DNA of 64,000 nt, from the NCBI GenBank assembly GCA_951406725.2, contig OX597814.1, positions 132,432,001-132,496,000 of the forward strand, given 5' to 3'. Origin of the DNA: Octopus vulgaris. Its lineage: Eukaryota. This document shows positions 30,908 to 45,414 of the stretch, piece after piece. Under the pieces are notes generated by a model that was given only the letters and a program-made list of their open reading frames with translations, made no database searches and was not told where the DNA came from. The stretch's first letter is position 1. Each line of letters opens with the position of its first letter. A program made the translations under genes and the position numbers.

Positions 30908-33900
30908 CTATAATTCCTTATTCATTAATTCTTTTACTTCTTTCAGTCACTAGACAGCGGCCATCCTGGAGCACCAGCTTGGAGGCTTTTAGTTAAAAAT
31001 ATCGGGCCGAGAACATATTTTCTAAGTCTAGTAACTATTCAAACCTTCTCTTTCGCCGGAACGCTACCTTACAATTATAGCAACACGCGAACACATGCTT
31101 CTGGATCGGTCATGTGGATGATAAACACATACACAATAACAAACGCACACACACACATGCACATGAACATGCACGTGGTCGTGCACAGACATAAGCACGC
31201 GCGCATATACACACTCATATTCGACGGGTTTCTTTCCGTTTCCGTCTACCAAATCCACTCACAAGTCTTTGGTCAGCCCGTGGCTATGGTAAAACACACT
31301 TGTCAAGTCAGAATAAACCCAGAACCATGCGTTTGGGAAGCAAGATTCTTTTCTGCTTTAGGCAGAAAGACCGAAATTTTGGGAGAGGAAGCCAGTCGAT
31401 TAGATCGACCCCAGATTGCAACTGGAACTTAATTTATTGAGACCGAAAGGATAAAAGGCAAAGTCGCCCTCGGTGGAATTTGAACTCACAACTTAAAGAT
31501 ATTTCTCCCGGCGTGATAACGTTTCTGCCCGTTCGCCGCCTTCTGCAGGGCTTCTTACCACAGAGCCATGGCACATACAAAAACTTTTATTATATGTTAT
31601 GCTGATCTGTTATAGGGGTGATAATAAAAAGTACTCCCACGAGCGTGAGGTAAATATCGTTTAATATGCACAGGATTTAAATGTAAGCTACTCTAAGTAC
31701 CATTCTTCTGACATTGCGAAAGTCGGACGATCTTGTATTGCATCTTGTATATCATCATGTTTACCGTTCAAGAGGAAACGCAATGTGACTTGTCTGAGAA
31801 ATTGCAAGAAAGAACGGGAGAAACATAGTATCGAGAGAAATATATATAATAAAACGATTTGAAAGCATGGAGGGATGGTAGATAAGAGTTGTGTCCCTTC
31901 GATTAGGAATTATAGCTTGGTGAGGTGGATTTGACAGTGAAATATTTGAAGCTGTGTTAAAAACGGTATCATATTTAAAAGGTACAGCTCATTGGAGTAG
32001 CCACTCTACATGGTTCAGTGGAAATACGGCTTGAAGTTCGTCGGTATGCAATTAATTTGATATGAAAATAAGAATGTTTATTACGATTGAGTTATGCGCT
32101 ATCAATATAGCTTCCGTACTCTCCACCGAGTCCAGTCTTCACATGCATAAGTTGACAAGCTGTAGCTCACAGCAAGATTCGAAGTTGTCGGCTACATACA
32201 CAATGGTTTGGACGGCCTATGAAGTCTTGCTCGAGGTGTGACCAGTGTTATATGCAGATATTTTCGTGGATCCATGGGCGGGAGCTAAGTGTCAGGTGAG
32301 ACACCAAATGGGTGAACAACTCCGAAGGGCATCTCAAGTTCTACACTTACTACCCCATTCAGACAACCTATGCATCGCATTGCAGGGGCACAATGAAAAC
32401 ACGAACTGTCCAACTCGTCTCCTGCAGTTCCAGCAGACAACCAGTGCCCGTTTTCTCAAGCCAATTGATCTCCTTGTTAATGTATTTGACTTATAACACG
32501 CAAATCACTAAGTTTACCTTCCATATAGGAATTGGCTTAGGTCCTGGAACTAAACATTATTTGGCGTGTTTCATGGGATTCTTTGGTGCTTATTTCAGTT
32601 CCCAAATGTCCATGTTGTCAAATAACGTCATATTCTCAATTCATTATTTTGTAGTTAGCAGGTAATTACGGCATTATTCCTTAACATACTTAGGCAAAAT
32701 GATTTGTAAAATGTGGATTTTGAGATTTTTCATTGGTTATTAGCCTTCCTGAAGTATTATCGTAACACGTTAGGCAAATTGAAAACTATTTTTCGTATAT
32801 TTCTTCGATTCTTGTCTCAGTTCGTTCGTATCAGAGGTGAATATATAGTGTGTCGTATTAGCGAGGTAATACCACGAAATTTATACCTGGACTAAATGTT
32901 TCATAGGCACAAAGACGTGGTCAATCTGTAAAACGGTCATAGTCTTATCTCGAAAGGGCTTTTCCTTCCAGTGTGTAGCAGGAGAACTAAATTTAACGGC
33001 ATATTTTGGGGTTTTGTGTATTTATTCGTGTTCAGCTGCCAATGGAGTCAGTGAGTGGAGATTTACAGTTTTTATTCAAGTCAGAGAATGAAAATATGGA
33101 AATAACAAAGGACACGTTATGTATTGAAAAACATTTTTTATTGATATTAGAATACAGTTTTTTTACAATAAAATAGATATATGATACAAATTAACATATA
33201 TGTCTTAAGGTTTGCGTTATGGAAAAGCAAAAGAAAATTATATTTAAACAGTTTTGCAATCATTCTACGGATGATAAATATAATTGTAATTATATACATA
33301 GATAAAAATTAAATAATATATCTTTAGGAAAATATTCATTCAGCTAGAATGACATATATATATATGTATATATGTTTGTGTGTGCGTGTGCGCGCGCGTG
33401 TATGTGCGTTTGTGTGCGTGTGTGTGTGAAGGAGCATGTGTGCCTGCAAATACACACACGCACAAACAGACACTCACGCCTACATTTGCTAGCATACATG
33501 TATACAAGTTATGTTAAAATATATACAAAAATACTTATATATATTGTGTTTCAAAGTTACGTATCAGTTAGAATTAAATATTTATGTAAATATTAGTGAG
33601 AATGTACTGGTAGACTGAGTACTAGTGTTTAAGTAACTATATGATATGGATATTGATACAGATAATATTGCGGCTATCACAGTAATCTCTATCAGGTAAC
33701 GATCATCAATTGCAACGTAGTGTCATGTCCAATATCGGCGGATGCTCGCTTTCTTTATTGGAATTAATTTGTGAATATAAAATTGTTTTGTAAAAGATGA
33801 GCAATGATATGAACGAAAACATGTAAATATAAATCGTTGCATAGTTAAATTAATACATGAAGAAATTTATGAAACTGCTGTAATTCTACTTTACATTTAT

Positions 33901-34725
33901 GTACTTTAATATAAAACAAAATGACGGTCAGGTATGCACTCTCTCAAGTTAATGCACTTAACATTTATGAATATTCTTCCTGTGTTTTTGAAATGGAATG
34001 AAATATTGTTCATTACTTCCAGAATTATTACCATTATTATCAGAATGCCAGCAAAGTAAGATCACATGTGCACTTTCATGTGTATGCAGTTCCGATTTAT
34101 ATGCATTGTTGATATTTATAATGAGGATTAAACCTTGAATATCGAAGTATTTCACGTTAGGAACATGTAGCGTATATGTAAATGCATTCAACACCATTTA
34201 TATAAAGTATCTTGATATAGGTTTAGGTTAAAAAAAAAGTGAAAAGTTAATAATGACTTAAATATGATAATAAGCAACATAAGTTAAATATGATAGCAAG
34301 CAATATAGAAAGACCAAATAATTTGTAAGAAATATGTCTCATTTACGAAACAGCTGTTACGAAACAAAACTGTTTTTTGCCAATGAATACATGTATTAAT
34401 GCATTTATAAATGTATGCTTATATACGTCTAATTATATGCATATTTCTTTAGAAATGTATAAATTTATATTTATATGTATATGTGCGTGTGTATGTGTGT
34501 GTGTGTTGTGTCTATGTATAAACACAGATAGAGAATGAATGACAGAAAGAAGGAAATGGTGAGAGAGAACGCATCTTAATACGTTCGCTTGTATGATTTT
34601 TCTGTGTGTGCATGTTTCGTATGTGTTTCTTATAACAACCACACAGTGGTTTACTTAAACTTCCATAACATTATGAAAACCATTTGTGTTACACACATTT
34701 GAATGTTTGATGATGTTGACCGATA

Positions 34726-36149
34726 TTACGACTCATATTCGTCGCCGTTTCCTCCAGATATTACATCGACTTTCCGTGCGCACACACAGGCTGTGGCTAC
34801 ATCGATGACACTTGGTTTATAAACGTACAGTCCATCAACACATTCAGTTGTACGTTTCAGGACAGTCATTGGAGTATACACCATCACACATTGATGGTTA
34901 CTGTCAGAGTCCAAACATTCTGTACAGCGACACACGACTTCTGTTCGTGATGGAGGAAAATATGTGGAATTGTGGGTAATTTTCAGGTACCATGGGCAGG
35001 TTGAACGCTCGCGGATGATATCAGTAGATACAGAAGATGTAGGGCAAGTTTTATCCCCTACGGTCAGTGCTTGTTGGTCACTTCCAGATGGAGCTATTTC
35101 AGCTGGTAGAAAAAAGTTATTGCCGATCGCTGTGTTGTATAGTTTCTCGTACTGAACTTTCAAGTCGTTTGGTATATTACATTGAGTCGGAATTGACGCC
35201 GAAGATATGAACAATACGACGTTGGTGAGGAGAATTACAACCTGGAGGAGAACCTGTGTGATAAAAAATGTTTATGTTAAGTTGAGTAATTGCAGTTCAG
35301 AAATCAAGTATAATATACGACTTGTATCGCTCACATCAACTCACTCACTTACTGACTGACTGACCTACTGACTGACTAACTGACTCACTCATTCACTCAC
35401 TCACTCACTCACTCACTCACTCACTCACTCACTCACTCACTCACTCGCTCATTCACTCACTCTCTCACTCTCTCAATCTATTTGCCAAAGTATGTATGTG
35501 TGAATGCATTTTTAAATGTATGCTTATATACTTGTAAACATATGCATATTTCTATACACATGTATATATTTATATTTGTATGTTTATATGTGTGTGTATG
35601 TGTGTGAGTGTATGTGTGTTACAATAGCATAATAATTCTGATTGAGATAGGCATCATTAATTATAATATGAATTCGAAAATACAATCAACATCGTTAATA
35701 TCATTAAAAAATACAATGTAGTTTTACAAATCTGTGCATTGAAATAGAAATACGATTACGTATAACAACACTATACACTGTTCTCGAATATTTGTATTAG
35801 ACAATCCACAAATGAGTAATAGAAAACAGGAGAGAATACAATATTAAATCTCAAAATATTTCATATTCCGTAAGTTATGTGTAAATTAACCATTAACCTA
35901 TGTTCGCCTTCGTAACTCTTTATTATTTAATAGATTCTCTAGTGCAATTTATTCTTTTAAATAACGGTACTCTTCATCGTTTATTATGTCATTAAATATA
36001 TGTAGTCCCTTAAATTCAAGTATCCATACCCAAAATAAGCTTAAACTAAGATAAAGTCAGCATAAACACATACTGTATAGAAAATACTACACCGATCTTA
36101 TTGTTTTTTTTTTTTTGTTGTTGTTGTTGTTGTTCTTCTTCTTCTTCTT

Positions 36150-36246
<97 letters not shown>

Positions 36247-36601
36247 TGACTGCCTGGAATCGAACTCGAAATCTTGGAGTTAGTAGACAGCGCTAATTAC
36301 CATTCACATACAAACAAAACGACCCTTCTGTCTTCCGCCCATCTTTCACCTCTACGCCTATGAATCTTCAATAGTCTCATTATTAAACACTAATCTTGAA
36401 ACTTATTCCTCCTCCCACTACCCTCTATTTAAATACCTCCAAATACACTTAGTTCTCCATAAGATCATTTCGTCCGGAATATCCATTCTCTCAACAGCTC
36501 AAATTTACGAGTGTATCCCTGAAAACTGAGGCTGGTATTATCCCAAGTGGTAATCAATTTAAAATATCTGTTTCTAATTTAAAAAGCATATATATATATA
36601 T

Positions 36602-36650
<49 letters not shown>

Positions 36651-37213
36651 TATATAATCTGTACCAGATGAAGGACCAAATTTGTTAAGTAAACTGTATT
36701 AAACACACACACACACACACAAACAGTTCTACACATATGCTTTCGTTTTGAAAAATACAACATTGAACAAAATATATTCTAATATTTGAATGAAACCGTT
36801 TTACTTTAATTTGTGGAACCAGTTACTCCTGTATGATAAAACTTAATATTTATTCAACTATCAATCATTGAGATATTAGACTAAATCAATTGAAGATCAG
36901 ACAACAGACTCAGTGGTTGTCAGTTTGTATTCTGTCATCTGTATCTTCAACACAAGAAAGTCTCTTTCTCAAGTATGGACCTTATGAAATTTTGCTCATA
37001 TATGAACTAAGTTATATGATGTATAAAAACAAGTAATACACAAATAAAAATCTGTAAATATAAAACCATCCGAATTTCTGAGTACCTTATTTCTTCTAAT
37101 ATAAAAAACCCGTACATCATCTCCAAACCTTCCAATATATATATATGTATATGTGTGTGTGTATGTGTGTGTGTTTGTGTGTGTACATGTATACATATGT
37201 ATATATATATGTG

Positions 37214-37260
<47 letters not shown>

Positions 37261-37418
37261 TATATATATGTATGTATGTATGTATGCATAAGGGGGTTAC
37301 TCTTTTACTCTTTTATTTGTTTCAGTCATTTGACTGCGGCCATGCTGGAGCACCGCCTTTATTTCTAAATATGGAACGCTTCACGAATTTGCGTGTCATC
37401 CTTGCGCAGGGGCCATGT

Positions 37419-37454
<36 letters not shown>

Positions 37455-38154
37455 ATTGCCGAAATAATCTTTTTTCCTAAAAAGCTTTTTAAAACTCTAT
37501 GTACAGAGTTTATGAAACTTTTTAAAAGATAATTTTGAGGGCCTATATCTCAGTGGTTAGAGCATCTGTCTCATAATCATGGGGTAAAACATTCGATTTC
37601 CGTGCCGGGCTGTGTTTTGTGTTCTTAAGCAAAACCCTTTATATGGCGTTGCTCTATTTCCCTCAGCTCTGGTGCTAAGTGGTGTCGGCCTTTGCCTTTA
37701 CCTATTCAACAATCGATGGCGTGGAGAGGGGAATATGGTATGCACTGGCCGGACTTAATTCTTTGGTGAAGAATATTCTTGGAAGAATCCCTTGGACATT
37801 CAGGACGAAAGGTTTTATTTCTTTTAATCAAGAAATAACTAAAGAGATAGGGAAATGAATACACAGTTTATGTGCTACATATCCTTTTGTTTTAAGTTTC
37901 TTTAAATCATTTGCACAAATTCTACTTGTAGGAAAACATACGGGGCCATTCATAAAAATATATATGTAGAATTAAATTAATATACCACAGCCATAGAAAT
38001 ACGTATCACATGTATAGTACTAATCTGCGTTAAGTACATAAGCAAAATGCTGCACTCATTCCTATGAATGATAGAAGAGTAAGCAAAGACATAAGACTGA
38101 ACATATTACAGTTGATATTAACAAGGTTTGTCTACTTACGTTGGTGGTATTCAT
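34726..38154 (-). CDS. IL17: Interleukin-17-like cytokine 4, complement(join(34726..35253,38140..38154)), 180 aa
   Basis: Exon 1 MNTTN|GTAAGT; acceptor cacacag at 35254; IL-17 motifs intact. Confidence 0.88.
37367..37463 (-). pseudogene. U6: U6 snRNA retropseudogene, copy 2
   Basis: Matches U6 as copy 1 does; the catalytic AGC triad reads AAC. Confidence 0.9.
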
Positions 38155-38286
38155 GATAATGGATGGTCACTTGGAATGGAAAGGAAGGCAATCGTAGTAT
38201 ATATGTATGTATTTTCAGAGAAATCTTGAGAGTGCTAGTTTATCAAAATGATATTTCTTGTGATGATTACAGCTCATCTGTGATTA

Positions 38287-38405
38287 CTTATATATAATAT
38301 TTTCACCGTGGAATTACCATAGGTCACAAAGATTAATGAAAATTTTAAAAATTATAAATATAAACAGGAGGAACTAACACATTTACGGAAAATATTTGCT
38401 TCCGG
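38287..38405 (-). promoter_or_regulatory. Putative promoter of IL-17 gene 4
   Basis: TATA 38287-38294, kappaB-like 38310-38318, ETS-like 38398-38405. Confidence 0.55.
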
Positions 38406-38624
38406 TAATGTGAAGGATCTGGTATTAAGTGAAATAAATTGTGATCTATATAAATTGCAGAGCGTTTGAAGTAACCAGGACATGGTTTATGTTGTGTTTC
38501 CTCTTTTACCTGTTAATCGAGTGTGGAAAGTTGAGAAGTGTCTTAAGACACAGGAACATAGGCACAATGAACTAATGTATTGAGTAATTTTCCCATCTAT
38601 TTTCAAAATATTTTATTATTTCTC

Positions 38625-38705
<81 letters not shown>

Positions 38706-38706
<1 letters not shown>

Positions 38707-40568
38707 GTATTGACTCTTGAGCCACTACTGCGGAAGCTGGCGACTCTAAGGGGCATCCCGCGAGAATTGGGATGCGGGACGAGCGTGTCTGCATACGCGG
38801 ACGACGTCACCGTCATAGTGTCAAGCCACGAGCACATCGAGCGGGTCGGCGAGACACTGAAAGACTACGAAGCGGTGACAGGAGCAAAAATCAACCGGGA
38901 AAAGTCAGTGGGCTTGCGGCTCGGCACCTGGAGAAGCAAGCCCATGCCGTCCAACAGTACCTCCGTCGTAGAACGCTGGACAGACGGCCCGGTTGAGTTG
39001 CTCGGGGTCTGGTTCGGTCCGGACCTCCAAATGGAGAAGAACTGGAACGAGATAACGAGTAGGGTGGTCACTCTTGCCCAGCAATGGACCGAGAGGAAAC
39101 TGTCTCTAAAAGGTCGGGCGGAGGTGGCGAACGCGTACATCGCGTCCATCATCTACTACCGCCTGACCGTCATACCTTGTCCCGACCCTACCATCACCAA
39201 ACTAGAACGCATCCTCTTCCGCTTCTTGTGGAAAGGATGCGTCCCGATGGTCAGGCGATCCATTTGCTGTCAACACCCGTTAAAAGGAGGGCTGGGCATG
39301 CCGTGGTTGATGATGCGCAGACACGCACTGAGACTGCGACATCTCCGGCTCTATGTAGACGACGGTGAACAGGTGTGGTCGCCGTTTGTGAGGCACGCAT
39401 TCCCGCAACTCGTCTCCATGACCGAACTACAGTCGTGGATCAAAAAGAGGCCGAGGAAGGGCGAATGGCACCGCGAGTGTCGCGTTGCTCTCAAGCAACT
39501 CTGCCGTCCCGGGTCGACCTTGAGTGACTTCAACACAACCAAAGCATTCTATAGGGGGATTAGTGGAGGGGAGGTACGACGACGATCTCGGGGCAAACCT
39601 GGGCGTCGACGAGGAATACCTGACCCGCTAGTTTCAAACAACTTTCGACCCGGGACCTATGGACAACTTCCAGAGATCTCTGGCCTGGCGGTGCTACCGA
39701 GAAGCGCTACCCGTTCGGGATAATCTCTATAGGCATGGCTCGAGATACACGGGGCCGACCTGCCAGAGATGCGGGCAGAGCGACGAAACCGCTCTGCACG
39801 CACTCGTGCAGTGTCCAGCAATTTCCGACCTGTGGGCTTATGTCGAACGACTGCTGTCACGTGTGGGACGTGTCGGTTTATCAGCCGAGTCTATCGTTAA
39901 TATCGTCACGCCTCCTTCCTTCAAACGGGAAGAAAGATCTATTTTTATCATACTTGTGGCTATGGCGAAAGAATGTATCTGGTGGACGCGCCTGAAAGGA
40001 TTAGAGACAAACACTTTCCTCTCTGGTCAATCTCTCATCAACTTCTTCAAATATCACTTGAAGAGGAAAGTGAGAGTAGAGAGGCAAGTTTTGTCTAGTG
40101 AATGTTTTAAAAAAAGATGGGTGAATGTAGCAAGGATGGCACGTATGAATGACGAAGCCACCTTGACTATGATTCTATGAACCGTAAAAATTAATACAGA
40201 GTTGCTTATTTGCAAAAAAAAATAAAAGAAAGAAATATAACATGTGACTTCATTGACCGAGGTTACCGTGGTCTTTTCCGTAGGCTTTTCCTTCCACGGG
40301 TAAACCTCACCTGTCCTCCCCTTTAAACTTCATATTGACATTTCTGTGATTATGATCCCTATTGATCAACTTTTTTCCTCTCCCCTTTCCTTTTTTTCCC
40401 CTCTCCCCCCTTTTTTAAAAAAAATCCTCCCCTTTTTTTGTCCTCTTTCTTTCCTTTTACGATCCCTTTTGATCGAAAACCAACCCCCTTTTTTTACCCC
40501 CTAAAGAAAAGCTCTACCTTGTAATTTGTTCTGTCTGTGTGCAGCCCTGTGTGGCTAATAAAGAAACA
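38706..40568 (+). mobile_element. 5'-truncated L1/Tx1-type LINE, best-preserved 3' copy
   Basis: SAYADDV, GGLGMP and zinc finger CQRCGQSDETALHALVQC; (TATC)n on both sides; one frameshift near 39560. Confidence 0.9.
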
Positions 40569-40603
<35 letters not shown>

Positions 40604-40604
40604 A

Positions 40605-40687
<83 letters not shown>

Positions 40688-40688
<1 letters not shown>

Positions 40689-41065
40689 GAGGTGCAATGA
40701 CCCAATAGTTAGGGCAGCGGACTCGCGGTCGTAGGATCGCGGTTTCGATTCCCAGACCGGGCTTTGTGAGTGTTTATTGAGCGAAAACACCTAAAAGCTC
40801 TACGAGGCTCCGGCAGGGATGGTGGTGATCCCTTTTGTACTCTTTCACCACAACTTTCTCTCACTCTTACTTCCTGTTTCTGTTGTACCTGTATTTCAAA
40901 GGGCCGGCCTTTCACTCACTATGTCACGCTGAATATCCCCGAGAACTACGTTAAGGGTACACGTGACTGTGGAGTGCTCAGCCACTTACACGTTAATTTC
41001 ACGAGCAGGCTGTTCCGTTGATCGGATCAACCGGAACCCTCGTCGTCGTCACCGACGGAGTGCTT

Positions 41066-41068
<3 letters not shown>
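40688..41068 (+). mobile_element. tRNA-derived SINE, unit 2 copy
   Basis: Paralog of 21389-21739. Confidence 0.75.
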
Positions 41069-41116
<48 letters not shown>

Positions 41117-41256
41117 CATATATATATTTATATATATATATATTTTATATATATATGTTTATACATATATATATGTTTAGACATATATGTATAAACATAC
41201 ATACACACACATATATATATACAAAGATACATTCCTGTACATATACATATATATTT

Positions 41257-41344
<88 letters not shown>

Positions 41345-42219
41345 GGTATGTAGTCACTTAAATGACCTCTGGCCCGAACCATCACTAGTATTGATTGAGA
41401 TATGCTTAAAACAACTCAATAGCCACAGACTGACACACTCGTAGCTAGTTTCATGAAAGGCACGAAACTGGTTATTAGTAAATTTTGGTTGGTAACTGAG
41501 GATTTCTAAATGTCCTTTTTTGTTGTACTATTTGTACGTTTTGTAGTATTTAATGCATGTTTGTGTACGTGCGCGCACGCGTGTGTGTGTGTGTGTTTTA
41601 TGGGGAAAATATTCTTCGGAAACAAAAACAGAATTCAGTGAAATGCTCCATGGAAAATATATCAACAAATATTAAACTTTCAACAGAAAGAAACAAGTAG
41701 GTATTTCTTTATAAAAAAATTACTAATATTTCTTAAAAGTATTTATTAATGGCATTTTGTTGCCCTCCTTAAAAAATTTGTCAGTTTGAGTTTACAATGT
41801 ATCTAAATACCATGCTACACACAACTATAGACCTTAAAATTAAAGAGACTGAATTCGGTCACGAAATTGCCAGTAGATTGAGGTCAATGTCAATAGTCAA
41901 TCGCTAATATCAAATCACATTGAATATAATGAAAAATGTTTGCGGAATAGCTATACAGAATATAGACTGAATTCGTCTAAGTTTAACCACTTAAATTTCA
42001 GCTAAGTCATCATATATTATTACTTCTCTTTGAATAATTATTTTTTTACTTTTTTTATTTATTTTTAATTAAGCAAATCTTATTGTTTGCTTCAATGTTA
42101 GATAAATATTTTTTTGTAATGATTGTGATTATAAATATATTTTTTTATATAAGGAGCAGAAGAGTGACATGTGTTCATATGAAGACTTGCACTATTCAGC
42201 TTTGAGAGGGCCGCTTCGT

Positions 42220-42592
42220 TTCATGGCCAATATAAATGGTGTTGTTTTTCAAAAGGATAATGAAAGACCGCATGTTTCCTTGGGAATCACACAAAAATTG
42301 CCGCAATCGGCTGGGATGAGGTACCCCACTCTCGATATTCACCAGATATTGCTCCTTCGGATTTGCACTCGTTCAGATCTCTGCAGAAAAGACTTATTGG
42401 TAAAAACTTCAATACCTTACCATGAAACCACCTCAGTTCTGGGAGAGAGCGTATTTTCAAGTTAAAGGAAAGATTGAGAGGCATTGTGCAAGAAAATGGT
42501 TCATATTTGGTGGATTGAAAATGTAACGGCAAGTATTTATTGAACTTTTATTCCTTTGAAAATAGGCACGTACATTCTAGACGTCCCAATAT
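42220..42592 (+). mobile_element. Mariner 3' remnant, unit 2 copy
   Basis: QKDNERPH and YSPDIAPSD motifs, TIR-like end. Confidence 0.78.
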
Positions 42593-42594
42593 AA

Positions 42595-42625
<31 letters not shown>

Positions 42626-42675
42626 TGTATGTATGTATGTATGTATGTATGTATGTATGTATGTATATCTGTATG

Positions 42676-42706
<31 letters not shown>

Positions 42707-42736
42707 ATTTGTATATATACATATATTTGTATATTT

Positions 42737-42795
<59 letters not shown>

Positions 42796-42859
42796 TTATA
42801 TATATACGTGTATATGCGTGTCTGCATGCATATATATGTATATATGTATCTATACAAAG

Positions 42860-42895
<36 letters not shown>

Positions 42896-42896
42896 T

Positions 42897-42928
<32 letters not shown>

Positions 42929-43192
42929 TATAGATATATAGATATATAGATATATAGATATATAGATATGCAACAGAAATGATAAATTATATTAAAAATA
43001 GATTCGGAAAGTTCTTAAGACAATATTTTACTATGCCTATGTTCCTGCGTATTGAGATAAAACACAATGAACCACGCCCGCCTAACAGGTAAAAGAGGAA
43101 ACAAATCTTATACCATGTCCTGGTTCCTTCAGGCGCTCTGCAATTTATATAGATCACAATATATTTCACTTAATATCTGATCTTTCACATTA

Positions 43193-43306
43193 CCGGAAGT
43201 AAATTTTTCCTTAAATTTGTTAGTTCCTCCTGTTTATATTTATATTTTAGTTTTCATTAATCTTTGTGACATATGGTAATTCCACGGTAAAAATATTATA
43301 TATAAG
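43193..43306 (+). promoter_or_regulatory. Putative promoter of IL-17 gene 5
   Basis: CCGGAAGT 43193-43200, GGTAATTCC 43275-43283, TATATAAG 43299-43306. Confidence 0.55.
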
Positions 43307-43439
43307 TAATCTCTGAGGAGATGTTATCATCACAAGCGAATATCATTTTGATAAACTCGCACGCTCAAGAATTATCTGTAAATACGTACATATATACTAC
43401 GATTGTCATCCTTTCCATTCCAAGTGACCATACGTTATA

Positions 43440-43636
43440 ATGAATACCACCAACGTAAGTAGACAAACCTTGTTAATATCATCTGTAATATTTATATCTT
43501 CAGTCTTATGTCTATGCTTACTCTTCTATCATTCATAGGAATGAGTGAATCATTTTGCTTATGTACTTAACGCAGATTGGTACTATACATATGATACGTA
43601 TTTCTATGGCTGTGATATATTGATCTAATTCTGTGC

Positions 43637-43698
<62 letters not shown>

Positions 43699-44433
43699 AT
43701 ATATATACATATTCAATATATATATATATTTATAAATGGCACCGTTTTTTTCATAACTCTTTTAAACAAATTTAATTCTTTAATCTCACTTCTAATTTAA
43801 CTAGAATTGCAGTTGGGTGTCTGAGAGCACACAATTGGCAGGTGTTAAAGGAGAATTTGTGCAAAAGATTTAAAGAACCTTAAAACAGAAGGATATGAAG
43901 CACATAAACTCTGTATTCATTTCCCTCTCTATTTAATTATTTATTGGTTAAAGTAAATAACACCTTTGATCTTGAATGTCCAAGGTATTCTTATAATAAG
44001 ATTCCTCATCTAAGTATCAAATTCGGCCAGTACGTAGAAGAATCCCATCTCCAGGCCATCGATAGTTTAATAGATGAAGGTAAATGCCGACACCGCTTAG
44101 CACCAGTGACAACATACCTTAATTACAGAGCTTAGGGGAGTAGAGCAACGTGAAATAAAATGCTTTGGTTAAGAACACAAAACACAGCCCGGCACGGAAT
44201 TCGATGCTCTAACCACTGACACATGTGCCATCAAAATTATCTGTTAGAAAGTGGCATAAACTCTGTTCATAGAGCTTTTGAAAGCTATGCAATCATTCTT
44301 CGAATTATATTTTCATACAAACGATGCTTATGGACGGAGTTGAAGTCAGGGATCGACTCAAAGAAAGTTACAATACACTCCACATTCCAATAAACATTTC
44401 CTTTGTTAGCCCTCTTATACATACATATGTACA

Positions 44434-44510
<77 letters not shown>

Positions 44511-45414
44511 TCTTACTTTATTTTTGTAATTTTCATTTTATTTTTTAACTTTTTATTTGAATTTTTATCTGAATTATGGCTTGTACTGTACGGTCCAGAG
44601 GACCTAATTTAAACATACCTATTTTACACGTACTTAAGTGTTTTAAAAAATTCAAATATAGTTTATAGTATTAAACGATGATAAAGTGATATAAGGGCCT
44701 AATGATTGGGTGAGTGAAAAAGTCAGTCAGTCATTCAGTCAGTAGGACAGTCAGTCAGTAAGTGAGTGAGTTGGTGTGAGCGATAGATGTAGTATATAAT
44801 ACTTGATTTCGTTTATTCATTTAGCTGTGTGTTATATTGAACCGTAATTACTCATTTTCACATATACATTTTATATCACGCAGATTCTGCTCAGAGTTGT
44901 GATCTTCCTCCTCACCAACGTCGTATTGTTCATATCCTCGGCGTCAATTCCGACTCAATGTAATATACCAAACGACTTGAAAGTTCAGTACGAAAAACTC
45001 TACAACGCAGCGATCGGCAATAACTTTTTCCTACCAGCTGAAATATCTCCAGCTGGAAGTGACCAACAAGCATTATTCGTAGGGGATAAAACTTGCCCAA
45101 CATCTTCCGTATCTACTGATATCATACGCGAGCGTTCAACCTGCCCATGGTACCTGAAAATTACCCACAATTCCACATATTTTCCTCCATCACGCACAGA
45201 AGTCGTGTGTCGCTGTACAGACTGTCTGGACTCTGACAGTAACCATCAATGTGTGATGGTGTATACTCCAATGACTGTCCTGAAACGTACAGCTGAATGT
45301 GTTGATGGACTGTACGTTTATAAACCAAGTGTCATCGAGGTTCCTACAGCCTGTGTGTGTGCACGGAAAGTCGATGTAATATCTGGAGGAAATGACGATG
45401 AATATGAGTCGTAA
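43440..45414 (+). CDS. IL17: Interleukin-17-like cytokine 5, join(43440..43454,44884..45414), 181 aa
   Basis: Exon 1 MNTTN|GTAAGT; acceptor cacgcag at 44883; IL-17 motifs intact. Confidence 0.9.

Larger units (their letters stand above)
23491..42857. repeat. ~19.3 kb tandem segmental duplication, unit 2
   Basis: Colinear with unit 1. Lacks the foldback and the young Dong insertion. Confidence 0.95.
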
